Source of the DNA: Geosiphon pyriformis uo1
Lineage: Eukaryota; Fungi; Glomeromycota
Length of the DNA: 64,000 nt
NCBI GenBank assembly: GCA_016748015.1
Contig: JAAOMT010000735.1
Location: 320,291 to 384,290 of the forward strand
Direction of reading: 5' to 3'
This document shows, piece after piece, positions 49,371-60,903 of the stretch. The notes below the pieces were generated by a model, which was not told the origin of the DNA, searched no databases, and was given only the letters and a program-made list of their open reading frames with translations. Made by a program: the position numbers and the translations under genes. Within the stretch, counting starts at the first letter, position 1, and every line of letters begins with the position of its first letter.

Positions 49371-51698
49371 GCCCATAGAGGGGAATCTCATCAGTATCTC
49401 AGTATTTTTTTGTCAACTGAGGGTTTTTCAAAGCCTAACTTGACTAAGACACATTCGGATGTTCATTTTTTTATTAATTTGGTTCTGAAGAAGGCAGTTT
49501 CAGATAAGCAATTCTTGTATCTGGTGTCAGCAGTTCTCCATCCCATAATTGGCTACAGAATACAGTTTGGCTATATTCCTATTGGTATGTGTGATAAATA
49601 GGATGCTCTGATTCACAGGAGCTTGAAGCTAAAAGCTGGTCTTTCACTGGATTTTCTTAGTGATATTATTCACCATTCTTCCTTTTATGGTTTAAAGTCA
49701 TTTTCACAGTGTCAATCTGAGAGTAAAGTGGTTTCGCTTATTAGTTTTGCGAACTCTAGTGGGATTTTGGGATGTCTGTTTGGTCACAGATCACATGATT
49801 TACAGATTCTGTGTTGGCAGCCCATTCACCTACTGATCTCTCCTGCTCGTATTTGCGTCAGTGTTTCTAATAATTTCTTGGCTGATATAGTTCACATTCT
49901 CCTTGATTGCAATTTGTCTTTGGGTGGCTCTTTGACCAGTGCTTTTTGGTTTTATGACAGGGTTCCTATGTCTGTTGTTCTTGATAAGTCTTTGTTTTTC
50001 AAGTTTTTATCTTTTTTCCAGTGTTTTGGCATTGCTTTTGTGGATTAGCTTTGTAATCGACATGGTGTTGTTTTTAGCTAGCACATCTTCAAGTGGTAGA
50101 AGAGACTGGACCCTCATGGCCTGGTTCCTGATTGGTTCAGACCTTCTGTTGCATTTTTTGCAGCTTTTCATTCCTCTTCCACAGCCTCAGTTGGTGCTGG
50201 TCTTCTTAACTTTTGTGAGTCTGATGATTTTGTGTTTGCCCACAATTGTCTTTCTCAGGTTAACATTGATAGTTTGTCAGTATATACGGATGGTTTTTTG
50301 AGGAATTTGGGCACAGTTGATTGCAGAGCTGGAGCAGTGGTTTTTTTTGAGAACATTGATTTGAGTGTGGGTGTTGGTGTTTAAGGTTTAGTGTTATCTA
50401 CTTTGGCGGAGTTACAGGCTATAGTGTTGGCTTTGGAGTGCATGTTTGCAGCTCATTCTGTTAATTTGTTTTCGGATAATCAAGCAGCTTTAGATGCTTG
50501 TAAGTCTGAGTTAAGCCTGGTGTGCCCTGACTTTCGCAATTGATGTTGGGTCGAGCGTTAGTATATTCGGAATGTTATCCACAGTAAGAATTTGAAAGTT
50601 AGCTGGCACAAAGTCAAGGGCCACTCCAGCATTTCAGAGAATAATCGTGCTGATAGTATCACTGATGCTGCTTCTCTATCTGGTTGGTATCTCTCTTTTC
50701 ATATGGATGAACACTTTTTGTTGACGGATGATGGTGTTGTTTCTGGTAATTTTAGACACTTTGTTTGAAATGTTTGTTATGCAGTTTGTCGTGCACACTG
50801 GAAGGTCAGTTCTGGTTCTGGATTTCTGGCTAGTAGTTTGCATTCAGATGTTGACTGGCTTAGCTCTTCTAGGGTTTGGCATCCTGACTTGCATATGGCC
50901 ACCAGTTTTATTAGTAGACTCACAGCTGATACTCATACTTATCTTATGAAGGCTTTGTACTATTGGCTTTCTGTAACTGTTTGGAGGCACATTTACAATA
51001 AATGTTACCCTAATGTTCTGTATCTGTATTGTGGTGAGGTAGAGGTTTCTGATCATGTGTTTTCTTGTGTGGTTGATGATTTGGCTTGTCATCAGGTTCT
51101 GGAATCCTGCATGTTTTCTTGGAAGTCACTTTCTGGGCTCTTTTTTTCCTCTTCGGTTGTGTTGCAGTTGATGTTATCCTGTGCTCTGGATTTACTGGTT
51201 TCCTTAGCTTTTTACAAGAGTTTTGTTTTCAATGGTTGGCTTCAAAAAGCTGTTACTGTCTTCCATGACCCCAAGATTGCTGGTGTTAAAATTACTGATT
51301 TTATGCACTCTATATGTTCTACTTTTAGGAATAATATTTGGTTGGTCTGTGCCAAGCATTATGCTTTTATGGAAAAAAATGGCCTGATTCCAGTGGACGG
51401 GTCATTTGTCATCCCAGTTTCTGGTTTGGTTTCGAGATTTTCAGCTGGTGTGGTTAAATTGTTTGGTATTACTGAAGCCTTTGGCGTTCTTTTTGGTTTT
51501 TGCAAGTCTTGTTCGTTTTTTTCAGACATTGGTGACCTGGTGTCTGTTAATATAGTTGTGTAGTGTTGTCTTGACTGGCTCGAGTGGCTGGTCACATGTG
51601 GTAAAATGCATGATTCACGCCTAGTTTAGATTATTTCATTGATGTATAGTTCTAAGTGGTGTTTGGACCTCACTCATTAAACGTAATAAAAAAAAAAA
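49371..51698 (+). mobile_element. LINE copy E: 5'-truncated (from the RT C-terminal part), closest relative of copy D
   Basis: Starts abruptly just before the 'ESHQYL' motif; RNase H, CCHC, 3'UTR and poly-A present. Candidate 9-bp TSD ATTTAATAT at 49361-49369 and 51698-51706. Confidence 0.95.
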
Positions 51699-52375
51699 TT
51701 TAATATTGTTAATGTTATAATAAAGAGTTTTCTATTAAAATTACAAATAAGTTTTTTTTAATCTTTGTTGCTTTTATATATAATGTATTTTTTTTAAAAG
51801 TTAATCTAAAATCTATTTACTATTATTGGAGTTTTTTTTGAGACTATTTTTGCAATTGTCTAAAGTGTTTCTTTAATCTAAAACATGAAATATTAATGGT
51901 CTTAAATGCTTTTTCTAAATAAAACAATAAAGTTTTTTATTAATATAATGTAATTTTAATCAACTTAAATAACTAATTACATGTAAAAAATACATATGTT
52001 ATATATAAATAAATAATTATTAAATAACATTCAATAAACATCAAAAAAATGTAATTTGAACGTAATAATAACTTGAAATCCTTTCCTGGTTTATTTTTTT
52101 TTTATTTCAAATACTTATTGATAAACCAAAAAATTTACCCGTTTTTTGGTTTTACTAAAGAAAAAATTGCTATATTAGAAATCAAAAGCAATTAGAAAAA
52201 ATATTAAAATTTGCATAGCTTAATAAATTTTTTAACAGTTTGATATTTGTGTATTTAATTATGTAATGACTGAGAATTCTGATTGGTTGCGAACAGCGAT
52301 AAATTCTTACCAACATAAGAACTCAAATATTATAAAAATTCACGAGACATCATTCTCCTTTCACAACTGGGAGAT

Positions 52376-54559
52376 ATGCAAAATCCTGGGCAAGGGGAAA
52401 AGGGTCATGTAAAAGCCACTAAGACTAATAATGGCTCTCGTTCCAAACCCCAGAATAATAATTTGGCTGGAGTCATAAATTCCTTCAACACTCTTGCCGT
52501 CACACCAAATGAGGGGGCGATTCTAACGAGGGACCCATCTGTGGCTAATAATATAAGACAGGAGAACACTGATCGTAAGGGCGGTATAAGAAAATCAGAA
52601 GGAGGGAAAAAGAATAAGGCAAATGGGCGTGGGAGTGGTAATAATGCTAAAGAAAGAGTTGGATCAGCTTCACGTTCAAGTAGTGTCCACAGTCGCAACT
52701 CCAATTTTGCCAACCGTGAGAATCGGGCGAATAATAGGGAACCTAGTGAGGAAGGTGTTCTTAGCTCACAAGCGAACAATATTCAGGTTGAAAATTTTGT
52801 GAGTCATAGTCAAAACCCATATTTAACACCAATTTATAAGAGGGACAAGGAGACAGAAAGTTTTCATAGAGTTGGAATGAATGGTCCACCAGCAAATAAC
52901 ATGATGCAACCACAACCTCCAATACTAAACCATGCTCCACAGCCTATGCCTCATCAAACTTTCAGGCCTGCTGTTCAAGTGCAATCCTTTCAAACACCAG
53001 TTCAGCTTGTAGCACCTCCAGAGCCTCCTTCAATGACTTCCGAAAACACTGATACCGTTGATGTTAAGCTCAAAATTTCAGCTTGGCATACATTGGCGGA
53101 TTCAAAGGCAAAATTAAAGGATGGTCTTGGAACTGGTAACCTGCACCGTCAAGGGAAAAATTATATTCCAGTTGCTGAAGAAACTGTTTTGGAGATTCAA
53201 AGTAAGGGCGGGGGAAAGAAAAAGAAGAGAGCTTCAGCTCCCACAACAAGGCGTAAATCTTCAAGCGCCAGTAAGGTTGGCTTAAAGGGAAAAGCAGGCC
53301 CAAAACCTGAAACGATAAAGCCAAAAATAAACAAAGGTCCCAAGATTTCAAAAGAACCTAACAAACCAGTTTCTGTTGTGCCTAGCGTGCAACCATTGGG
53401 TTCAAGATCAAATATTATTCTCACCAATCCTGAAAACCTCCAACAACAACAACCTCAATTTAATAATAACAATCGAAATCAATCAACTGCACTCGGGAAT
53501 CAAAATGGTTTTCATCAACCGCTACCTCAACAATCAACGACTCTGTATACACCTGTATATCAAAGTTCATCGCCTTCAGGTCCTACTATAGGAAGCTCTC
53601 CTAATTTTATTCGACCAACACAGCCAATACAGCTATCACATCCAAATCCCAGTATTTGGAAAGAACCTCAACATCTTGTCAATGAAAGATTCTGGGAGTT
53701 ACCGAAGAATGTATCTCCTCCACTACAAGAGCAACAACAACAGAGACCACCCCCACCGACAAAACAATCCAACCCAAACGGTAACTTGAATATATCAGCT
53801 TCAGGTCTTCAGTCACCGCAACAACAGCAACAACAACAACAACAACAAAAACAACAACAACAACAACAGCAACAACAACAACAACAGCAACAACAACAAC
53901 AACAAATATATTCACTTAATCAGGGGCAATACGCATATGAAAATCATTCCCCACCTGCACGATCGCCGGCGAGATCTCCACGACCTACAAAATCTTTTAC
54001 TCATGAAAAACCCTCAGAATCGTATTTGAAACCCTCCCTTAACCAACAAACATCATCATTACCTCTTCGAAACTCAACTCAAAATGAAAATAAACGTGAA
54101 TTTCATCAACCATTATCAGTTGAATACGATTTTAGGGATGCATACGACGATGGTGACGACGAGGAGGATGCATCGGACTTTGAAGATTATGAAGGGGAAT
54201 CTGATGAGCAAGAGGGTGAATGGGATTCAGAGGAACAAGAAGATGAACAGCCGGAAGATTATAATGGGCAAGCTGAGTTTTATGCTCAAGAACCCTATAA
54301 TTATCAGCAACAAGGAAGTTATTTACGACAAGAAAATATTACTATCCCTCGAATTCCTGCTAATGATCGGGGTCAATTACTTTTGACCATTAATGTGGAA
54401 CTTGATGATGATCGAAATCAAGCTATTGAGGTATACATGAATGATAAACCCGCCAAATTGGCAGAAGTTTTCTGCCAAAAGCATAACGTGACAAATCCAG
54501 TTGTTTTGCCAGCGTTGATAAGTCTTATCACAGAGGAGAGAGAAAAACGATTAGGATGA
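52376..54559 (+). CDS. Single-exon 727-aa Q/N/P-rich low-complexity protein with acidic tract and small folded C-terminal domain
   Basis: Long uninterrupted ORF with ATG and TGA, polyQ tract, basic NLS-like patch (GGGKKKKRAS), C-terminal LLLTINVELDDDRNQAIEVYMNDKPAKLAEVFCQKH. Confidence 0.85.
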   Translation: MQNPGQGEKGHVKATKTNNGSRSKPQNNNLAGVINSFNTLAVTPNEGAILTRDPSVANNIRQENTDRKGGIRKSEGGKKNKANGRGSGNNAKERVGSASRSSSVHSRNSNFANRENRANNREPSEEGVLSSQANNIQVENFVSHSQNPYLTPIYKRDKETESFHRVGMNGPPANNMMQPQPPILNHAPQPMPHQTFRPAVQVQSFQTPVQLVAPPEPPSMTSENTDTVDVKLKISAWHTLADSKAKLKDGLGTGNLHRQGKNYIPVAEETVLEIQSKGGGKKKKRASAPTTRRKSSSASKVGLKGKAGPKPETIKPKINKGPKISKEPNKPVSVVPSVQPLGSRSNIILTNPENLQQQQPQFNNNNRNQSTALGNQNGFHQPLPQQSTTLYTPVYQSSSPSGPTIGSSPNFIRPTQPIQLSHPNPSIWKEPQHLVNERFWELPKNVSPPLQEQQQQRPPPPTKQSNPNGNLNISASGLQSPQQQQQQQQQQKQQQQQQQQQQQQQQQQQQIYSLNQGQYAYENHSPPARSPARSPRPTKSFTHEKPSESYLKPSLNQQTSSLPLRNSTQNENKREFHQPLSVEYDFRDAYDDGDDEEDASDFEDYEGESDEQEGEWDSEEQEDEQPEDYNGQAEFYAQEPYNYQQQGSYLRQENITIPRIPANDRGQLLLTINVELDDDRNQAIEVYMNDKPAKLAEVFCQKHNVTNPVVLPALISLITEEREKRLG
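53819..53905 (+). repeat. (CAA/CAG) coding microsatellite: 29-codon polyQ tract with one Lys interruption
   Basis: Direct reading. Confidence 0.95.
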
Positions 54560-55375
54560 AATCAGTAGGCATAAGCAAAATAGGAGACAAGAAACAAAGA
54601 AAAAAACAATTTGGGACATTTTGACTCCTAGACAAAGAAGTAGCTACAAAAACATCAACTCGTAGCATCTAGGTCTCAAATCCGTGTGGCCGTTATTACA
54701 GTATATCAATTTTATAGTGGTGCATACTATTTATAGTAAAGGCCCGAAATTTCAATCTGTAGAAATTTGAGTTGCTCAACAAATTGTCACTCAGCTTAAG
54801 GTCCTTTTGATGTAAATATGTAGATTATAGTGAATTTAGGTTCGCTGCCTGGTTAATTTAGTAGAGTATTTCTGTAACTATCAGTTGATCAAGAATACGA
54901 TCGTTTTCAAAAGATGGATCGATGATACCATTAAAGAAAGTCTGTCAACCTGTAAAAGAACTTATGTTCGTGACCACCATGCTGAGAATTGATAAGCAAG
55001 AACCATTGTAATGAATATAATAATTCAAAAGTTTTACGCTTCAAAGGCTTCAAGCCTTGAAAGGAATGTAAAGGCTATAAGGCTGTAAGTAAGCCTTGGT
55101 GGTACAGATCTGATATAGAGCAATTTCGACTTTTTTCTTGCGTTTTTTTAACAAATTCATTAGGATGCTGATATTCGACAAACTTTGACTTTCTTTAAGC
55201 TGCTGAATTTCATCTAACAGTTGAAGCATAGCTTTAGGTTTATTCTACAACTATCACAGCTCTTTTTCCGAAATTCTGCTCCTCCAAACAAAAAGACTTG
55301 ATTATTTAAAGTCCGATTTCTGGGTCAGTAAAGAGAGTTGAATAGATTATAAATTCTCTTATTTCCTGAGTGGCA

Positions 55376-58300
55376 ATGGCAAAATTTCACGAAAGCTGGG
55401 AGTTTGAAGAGGATCTCACCCCTCACCCGGCATTCATGTTATCAAAACAACTTGTAACCAAAATAGCAAAATGCCTTGATTCTCAAGCCGATCGTCTCAA
55501 TCTTTGCTTAGTCAATAAAACTTGGTCACCGACCGCTATCGAGGTTCTTTGGTCAGAGCCTGTTTTCAAATCACCTGAATCGCTTCACTATTTTATACGT
55601 ACTGTGCAACTATCCAAACTATGTGCCCTTAGGGTTCGTGTGCTTAATCTTTGTGCCCCAGAAGAGGCTTTAACGCACGCTTTCGCCCCAGTGCTTCAGT
55701 CTTCTCACGAAGTACACAAAAGGATGGAAGCGATGCTTTTATCTCAAATCAAGTTTATTATGAATATTATCCGTTTATGTGAAAACCTCCAAAGTTTAAA
55801 GGTCTATGGATGGAATCTAGCAGACAATCATATTCACTCAATTCCCCAGTATTGCCGAGACCTGAGAGAGCTTCGTGTTATTGGTAACAAGAATCTTACG
55901 CAACAAGCGTTTTATTCACTGATTAATTCAGTTGCCTCGGATCTTAATGTGCTTGATTTAGACGGAGTGTTCAACTTGTCAGATAATTTTGCTGAAACAC
56001 TGGCAACAAAATGTCCAAATCTCACATTTCTCAAACTATGCACTCAGAAAATGTCATCAGTGGGGTTTGACATATTGGCAAAAAAATTCAGCAACTTATG
56101 TGAATTAATATTGCAAGATTGTTTAAATATAACTGACGCCAATATTGCACATTTCGTGGAAAATAATTCAAAATTAAGGGTTCTTGCTTTAAGTAGTAAA
56201 TGCTTGACCATTGAATCATTCAAAATTATTATGTACTCCCTTGGAAATCTACAAAATCTTGATTTGCGCTGTTCATTTCGGAATCAAGATGCTCCTCACA
56301 GTATACAGTGGTTCATGCCGATTGCAGTAAATCTTCGCGTACTTTTACTACACGCTCAGCCGATTGATGATGAACTACTCGATGTGGTTGCTATAACATG
56401 TAAACGGCTTGAAAAATTCGGACTTTCTCATTGTTCTTTTGTCACCGACGAGTCTATCAGGAGCATCACAGAAAATGCAAAACATCTTGAAACTGTCAAT
56501 TTGGTTCATTGTGCGCAGATAACAGAATACTGCCTCAAATACCTAGGTTTGAACAAAGGAGCCTCTCTAACGGAAGTTATTATTGATTCATGTGAAGCTT
56601 TCACTCCAGAAGCAGTGCATTGGTTTTCTCGCACCGCTTCGCAGCTTGATAGGTTAGCCATCCATGGAATGAGATCTATTATTAAAGATGAGATTTATCA
56701 ATTCTCTAAAGAATATAAATTCTCTAAAGAAAACAACGAACAGAGTGATATTTTATTGTGCACATTCGAAGGAGAAAATCTCAAAAGATTAGCTCATTAC
56801 CAACGTCTGTCTCTCTCTTGCGAGACCTCCAACTATAATTCATCCACACAGCAGCATCAAAATTCAACCGACGCTTTTTTAGAGAAGTCTCTTCAACAAG
56901 ATAATCTTCTATCTAATCTTTCAGATAGTGCAATTAATGCTCTAGCTTCTGAATTGGGAGTGAAGTCTGATCTTGTCAACAAGGCTATAACAAAAGTACT
57001 AGCCGCAAAAGTAAATCGCCCCTTAGCAGAGGAAAATCAATCACAAAGACAGGTAATAAATGTTCGTGATGGAATTATTTATCCTTCAAATGACCATCAA
57101 GAGACTCATTATATTCCATCACAGACGTCAAATTCATTCAATGCTACCGACTCCAAAGATTCTCGAGATATTTTGTTTCATGAAATCGATGTTAAACAAG
57201 ACGTATCATCTTCTCATACTCAGAAATTTAGCCATGAAAAAGCTGAATTTGATGAAAATAAGCAGAGAACTTCTACTTCTAAGGAAGTTCGTGGGTCGCA
57301 TAGTCCCCAAAATTCAACCAATTTAACCTCTTCAACTCGTGCGGAAGACTGGCCTAATGTTATAAAAAAGACGCAAAGTGGGTGGGCAACCATTCATGTA
57401 AAGTTGCCTAGCTTACACACACCACCCTCCGCAAATATTTCAGCAGCCGATCAAATATTATCCAAAGACTCACCTGGTCTCCCGGAACAATCAAATATTT
57501 CTATTAAAAGCAATTTAATTAACGAGCAAAATAAAGAATCAAGACTCCCTGCTCAATCTCCCTGTGAAGAATCTCGAATGCCCCCTGGAGGGGAGGTGGT
57601 GAATGATCTAAAACCTTGCAATAACCAACAGGAACGTTTAGACCCCATAAAACAAACTCTGGTTGAATCAAAAATTCAAACATCAGCTCTCATTATGGCC
57701 GAAGCACATCCCGCGATTATACACGAAGAAAGTAACAGTACCACAACATCCACGAAGCCTTCTCTACCTAAAAATATCAAATTTCTTTCGTCTGAACTTG
57801 ATAAAAATGAAGATAATTCATCCTCTTGGAATAATTTCGATGAAGATTCAGTCCAAGAAGAGCTAGGTGGTTGGGAAGAAATGGGTGACGAAGGTGCCAA
57901 GGTTAACAAAAGCTTGTCCAGTACGAATATACAAAACGGGGAATGGCCTGCTAAACATTCAGAAGCCAAAGAATTTCAAAATAAGGGGGGCATTGAAATG
58001 GAATTTAAGGATGATGAAAATAGCCATGAGGTCTTCAAAACAACTCATTCGCCTACAAAAGAAGATATTTTGATGATACTGGAAGATGACGAATGGTCAA
58101 CTGAAGATTCGGATACTGATCCCGAAAATGATGAAAATGACCAAGTTCCCAAAATTCAGCTAATTCCCCAATCCATTCAAAGTACCTCCCCCTCAATAAA
58201 AAAGCCAACTGATATTCAACAACAAGAGTCAATCGTTGATGATTCCAACGATAGGTCTGAAGATGATCTCGGTGGGTGGGGTGAGATGGGTGTTGGTCAA

Positions 58301-60474
58301 ATTTCAACCTATGGTTGGAACCGAAATGAATCAAGTTTTGCGAACCATTTAGCAAAATCCGAATTCTCTAGAGACAGTTCAGAAGTATTTGATGAAAAAC
58401 CCAGCTCAATAACGTGTGTAAAATCTCCTGAAGAGGTTAGTGGGCTCAAACAAGAAAAGATAATGGTAATTAACGTTCCTTCTCAGTCCCATTATGTCGG
58501 TGCTGAATCTATCACAGCTGACCCTGATGTCAAGTCTCCTAAAGAAGCATGGCCCACTGTTTCATTGTCATCCAAAGAACAAATGAAACTCAGCCTAGAA
58601 GAGTGGCCAAGTCTTTCAAATGATTCCAAGAGCCAGAATGAGATTGAGCTTGGTGGTTGGGGTCCAATCTCTTCTGCTTGGGGCACTCCTAAAAAATGGG
58701 AATCAGATACAGTAAATTCCAAGACGGAGACTCCATTACCTCCAGAATGGAATCCAAATGATGTAAACAACTTGAAAGCTACCATTATGCCTGAGCCGAA
58801 ATCTCCGATATACTTCGATAAAAAAAAAACGAAACCTTTGGTTTTCTCTTTTGATGACAGAGAAGGTTGGGGTGCTCCCCCAGAGAAATTCATCCCATGG
58901 AATGACCACTCTCGACAAGGCTACTGCTATGATTTAATCGAGGAACAGAATGAAACAACATTTTGGACCCACACGAATGGAAATTGGATTAATGTCACTG
59001 AAAATCAAAAAACGAAATCTATTGCTGGTTCGGCTGGGTATTCTTCAGATGGAGGTAACCTAAGTAAGCGTAATGGGGATCGTCTGGAGGATAAACAGAA
59101 GAATCGTGATCGTGGTCGTGAAGGAATCACAAATCTCGATACTACAACTTGGGACGTTATTCGAGAACAGACCCGACGTGAGCGCGAAGAAAGAGGATTG
59201 ACAAGAACAAATGAAAGAGGGGGCTCAAAGGTTGAATTATCTGACTCTGATGAAGATTTCAAACTGGCCAAAAAGAAATTGCATCACAATAAGTTAGTAT
59301 ATGCCGGTTTATCTCGTCCTAAAACAGGGATTTCCGAACGTCTTGGTGATCCTAAATGGAAATCCGAACAAGAATGGCGTAAAAGTAATATGGAGAATCA
59401 GTCAACATGTAATAGTCTTATTAATGTTAGCTCAGTTGATAGTTCGGACGTTAAAAGTGTGTCTTCCGGAACTGAAGAGGATTTACTTTCTCCAGTTGAA
59501 TCAAAAAAATTAATAAAACCTTCAGCAATAGATACAAAAGATAACAATCAGCAAGAGAAATTAAATTTGAAAATTGATTCTGGACATGGATCTGAGGAAG
59601 AGCATCACGGTCAACTTAAGCTGGCTCCTGTTCAAGTGACACAATCGCCTGAAGATCAGATTATGAAAGAAACTCAACCAGAGAAATGTGTCGAAGAAAG
59701 ACCAGAAGCGATACAGGAAACCGCAAAAAGATTAGTATTAGCTTCTGAACAAGAATCTTTATTGATTAATATTGAAGCTACAAATAAAGAAAATACAATC
59801 GAAACTGCCCCTCCAAAAAACGATATCAATGACGACCTTGCCCAACTTCAAGAAATTTTTACTGCTAGTTGCGCGGGCAATGCCAGCAGTAAAGCAACAA
59901 ACTTGGATGTTGACAGGCTGTTGAGCAAAAGGACTAATTTCACAAAAGACCAGAATATAGTCCAAGATATAGGATCTCTATCTTCCTCCGAACTATCAAA
60001 GACAAACACCTTTTCTGCATCAGGAGATGGCGTTTCTCATAAGAATACTGCAGGAATCTGTGTGCAACCTTTGCCGCCACCTAAATCTAAAGTCTCTGGA
60101 AATGCGTTATTTTCAGTCACTAGGGAAGCCTCAATGATTGTACTTGAGATCGAAACCCCACACGATGGAAGTCAAAAATTTAATGCTAGAATCGTAAGTA
60201 AAATTATTTGCTTTCCCTTTATTTACATAATTGATATCATTTATCATGAATAATACTGCAATAATGATTTATAAAATAGGACGCGGATCCTATGCCGAGA
60301 GTGAGCGATTTTTGTCAAAAATACGGTATGGAAGATTATATAGATCAATTATATTTTATGGTCAAACGTAGAATCAAAAAGGTCAATAGCAAATCTAAAA
60401 AATTATCGGAGGCGCGCAACACACTCATTAGTCTTGTGGATGAAAAACCAAACAACGGGGCGCCCCTTTGCTGA
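55376..60474 (+). CDS. F-box/LRR (Grr1/FBXL-like) protein with ~1100-aa acidic, Trp-motif-rich disordered extension; 2 exons (55376-60193, 60280-60474)
   Basis: F-box-like LSKQLVTKIAKCLDSQADRLNLCLVNKTWSPTAIEVLWSEP; cysteine-containing LRRs (LCELILQDCLNITD, LEKFGLSHCSFVTD, LETVNLVHCAQITE). GTAAGT...TAG intron 60194-60279 joins in frame to ORF 60292-60474. Confidence 0.88.
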
Positions 60475-60903
60475 AGAACTCCAAGTGCTTTTATCCTCTT
60501 CTTAAATATCAAGAAAAATTCGATAATTTTAAAGTAAGAGCTTGTTATTTAGTTAATCTTGTATATTTCTTTAGCCTCCATCTGCTATGATATGCTTTAC
60601 CTTACTATTTCGGTTTTATTGCCTTCAGACTTTTTGTATATATTTTGAATGACTATCTTTTAAACTGTTTTATCAGTTATGTATCTAATAATATCAATTT
60701 TATCAAATTGTACGCTCATAGTTACTGATATTCTATTTTATCGACTGATTAAAATTTAAACATGGTTAACAATGAAACCCCAAATTCTCGGTGGGAATCT
60801 TCAATATAAGTAAAAGAGGGAAGGATGTAGGTTAGAAGGAAAATGCAGAACTAGCTTTTCACAGAAAATTCACGTTGAATTAACGGACTTCATTGTTTAA
60901 AGG

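Noticed and set aside
48192-49371. tRNA-targeted integration of LINE E
   Set aside because: The insertion is ~1.1 kb from the tRNA, and the other four copies have no tRNA nearby.
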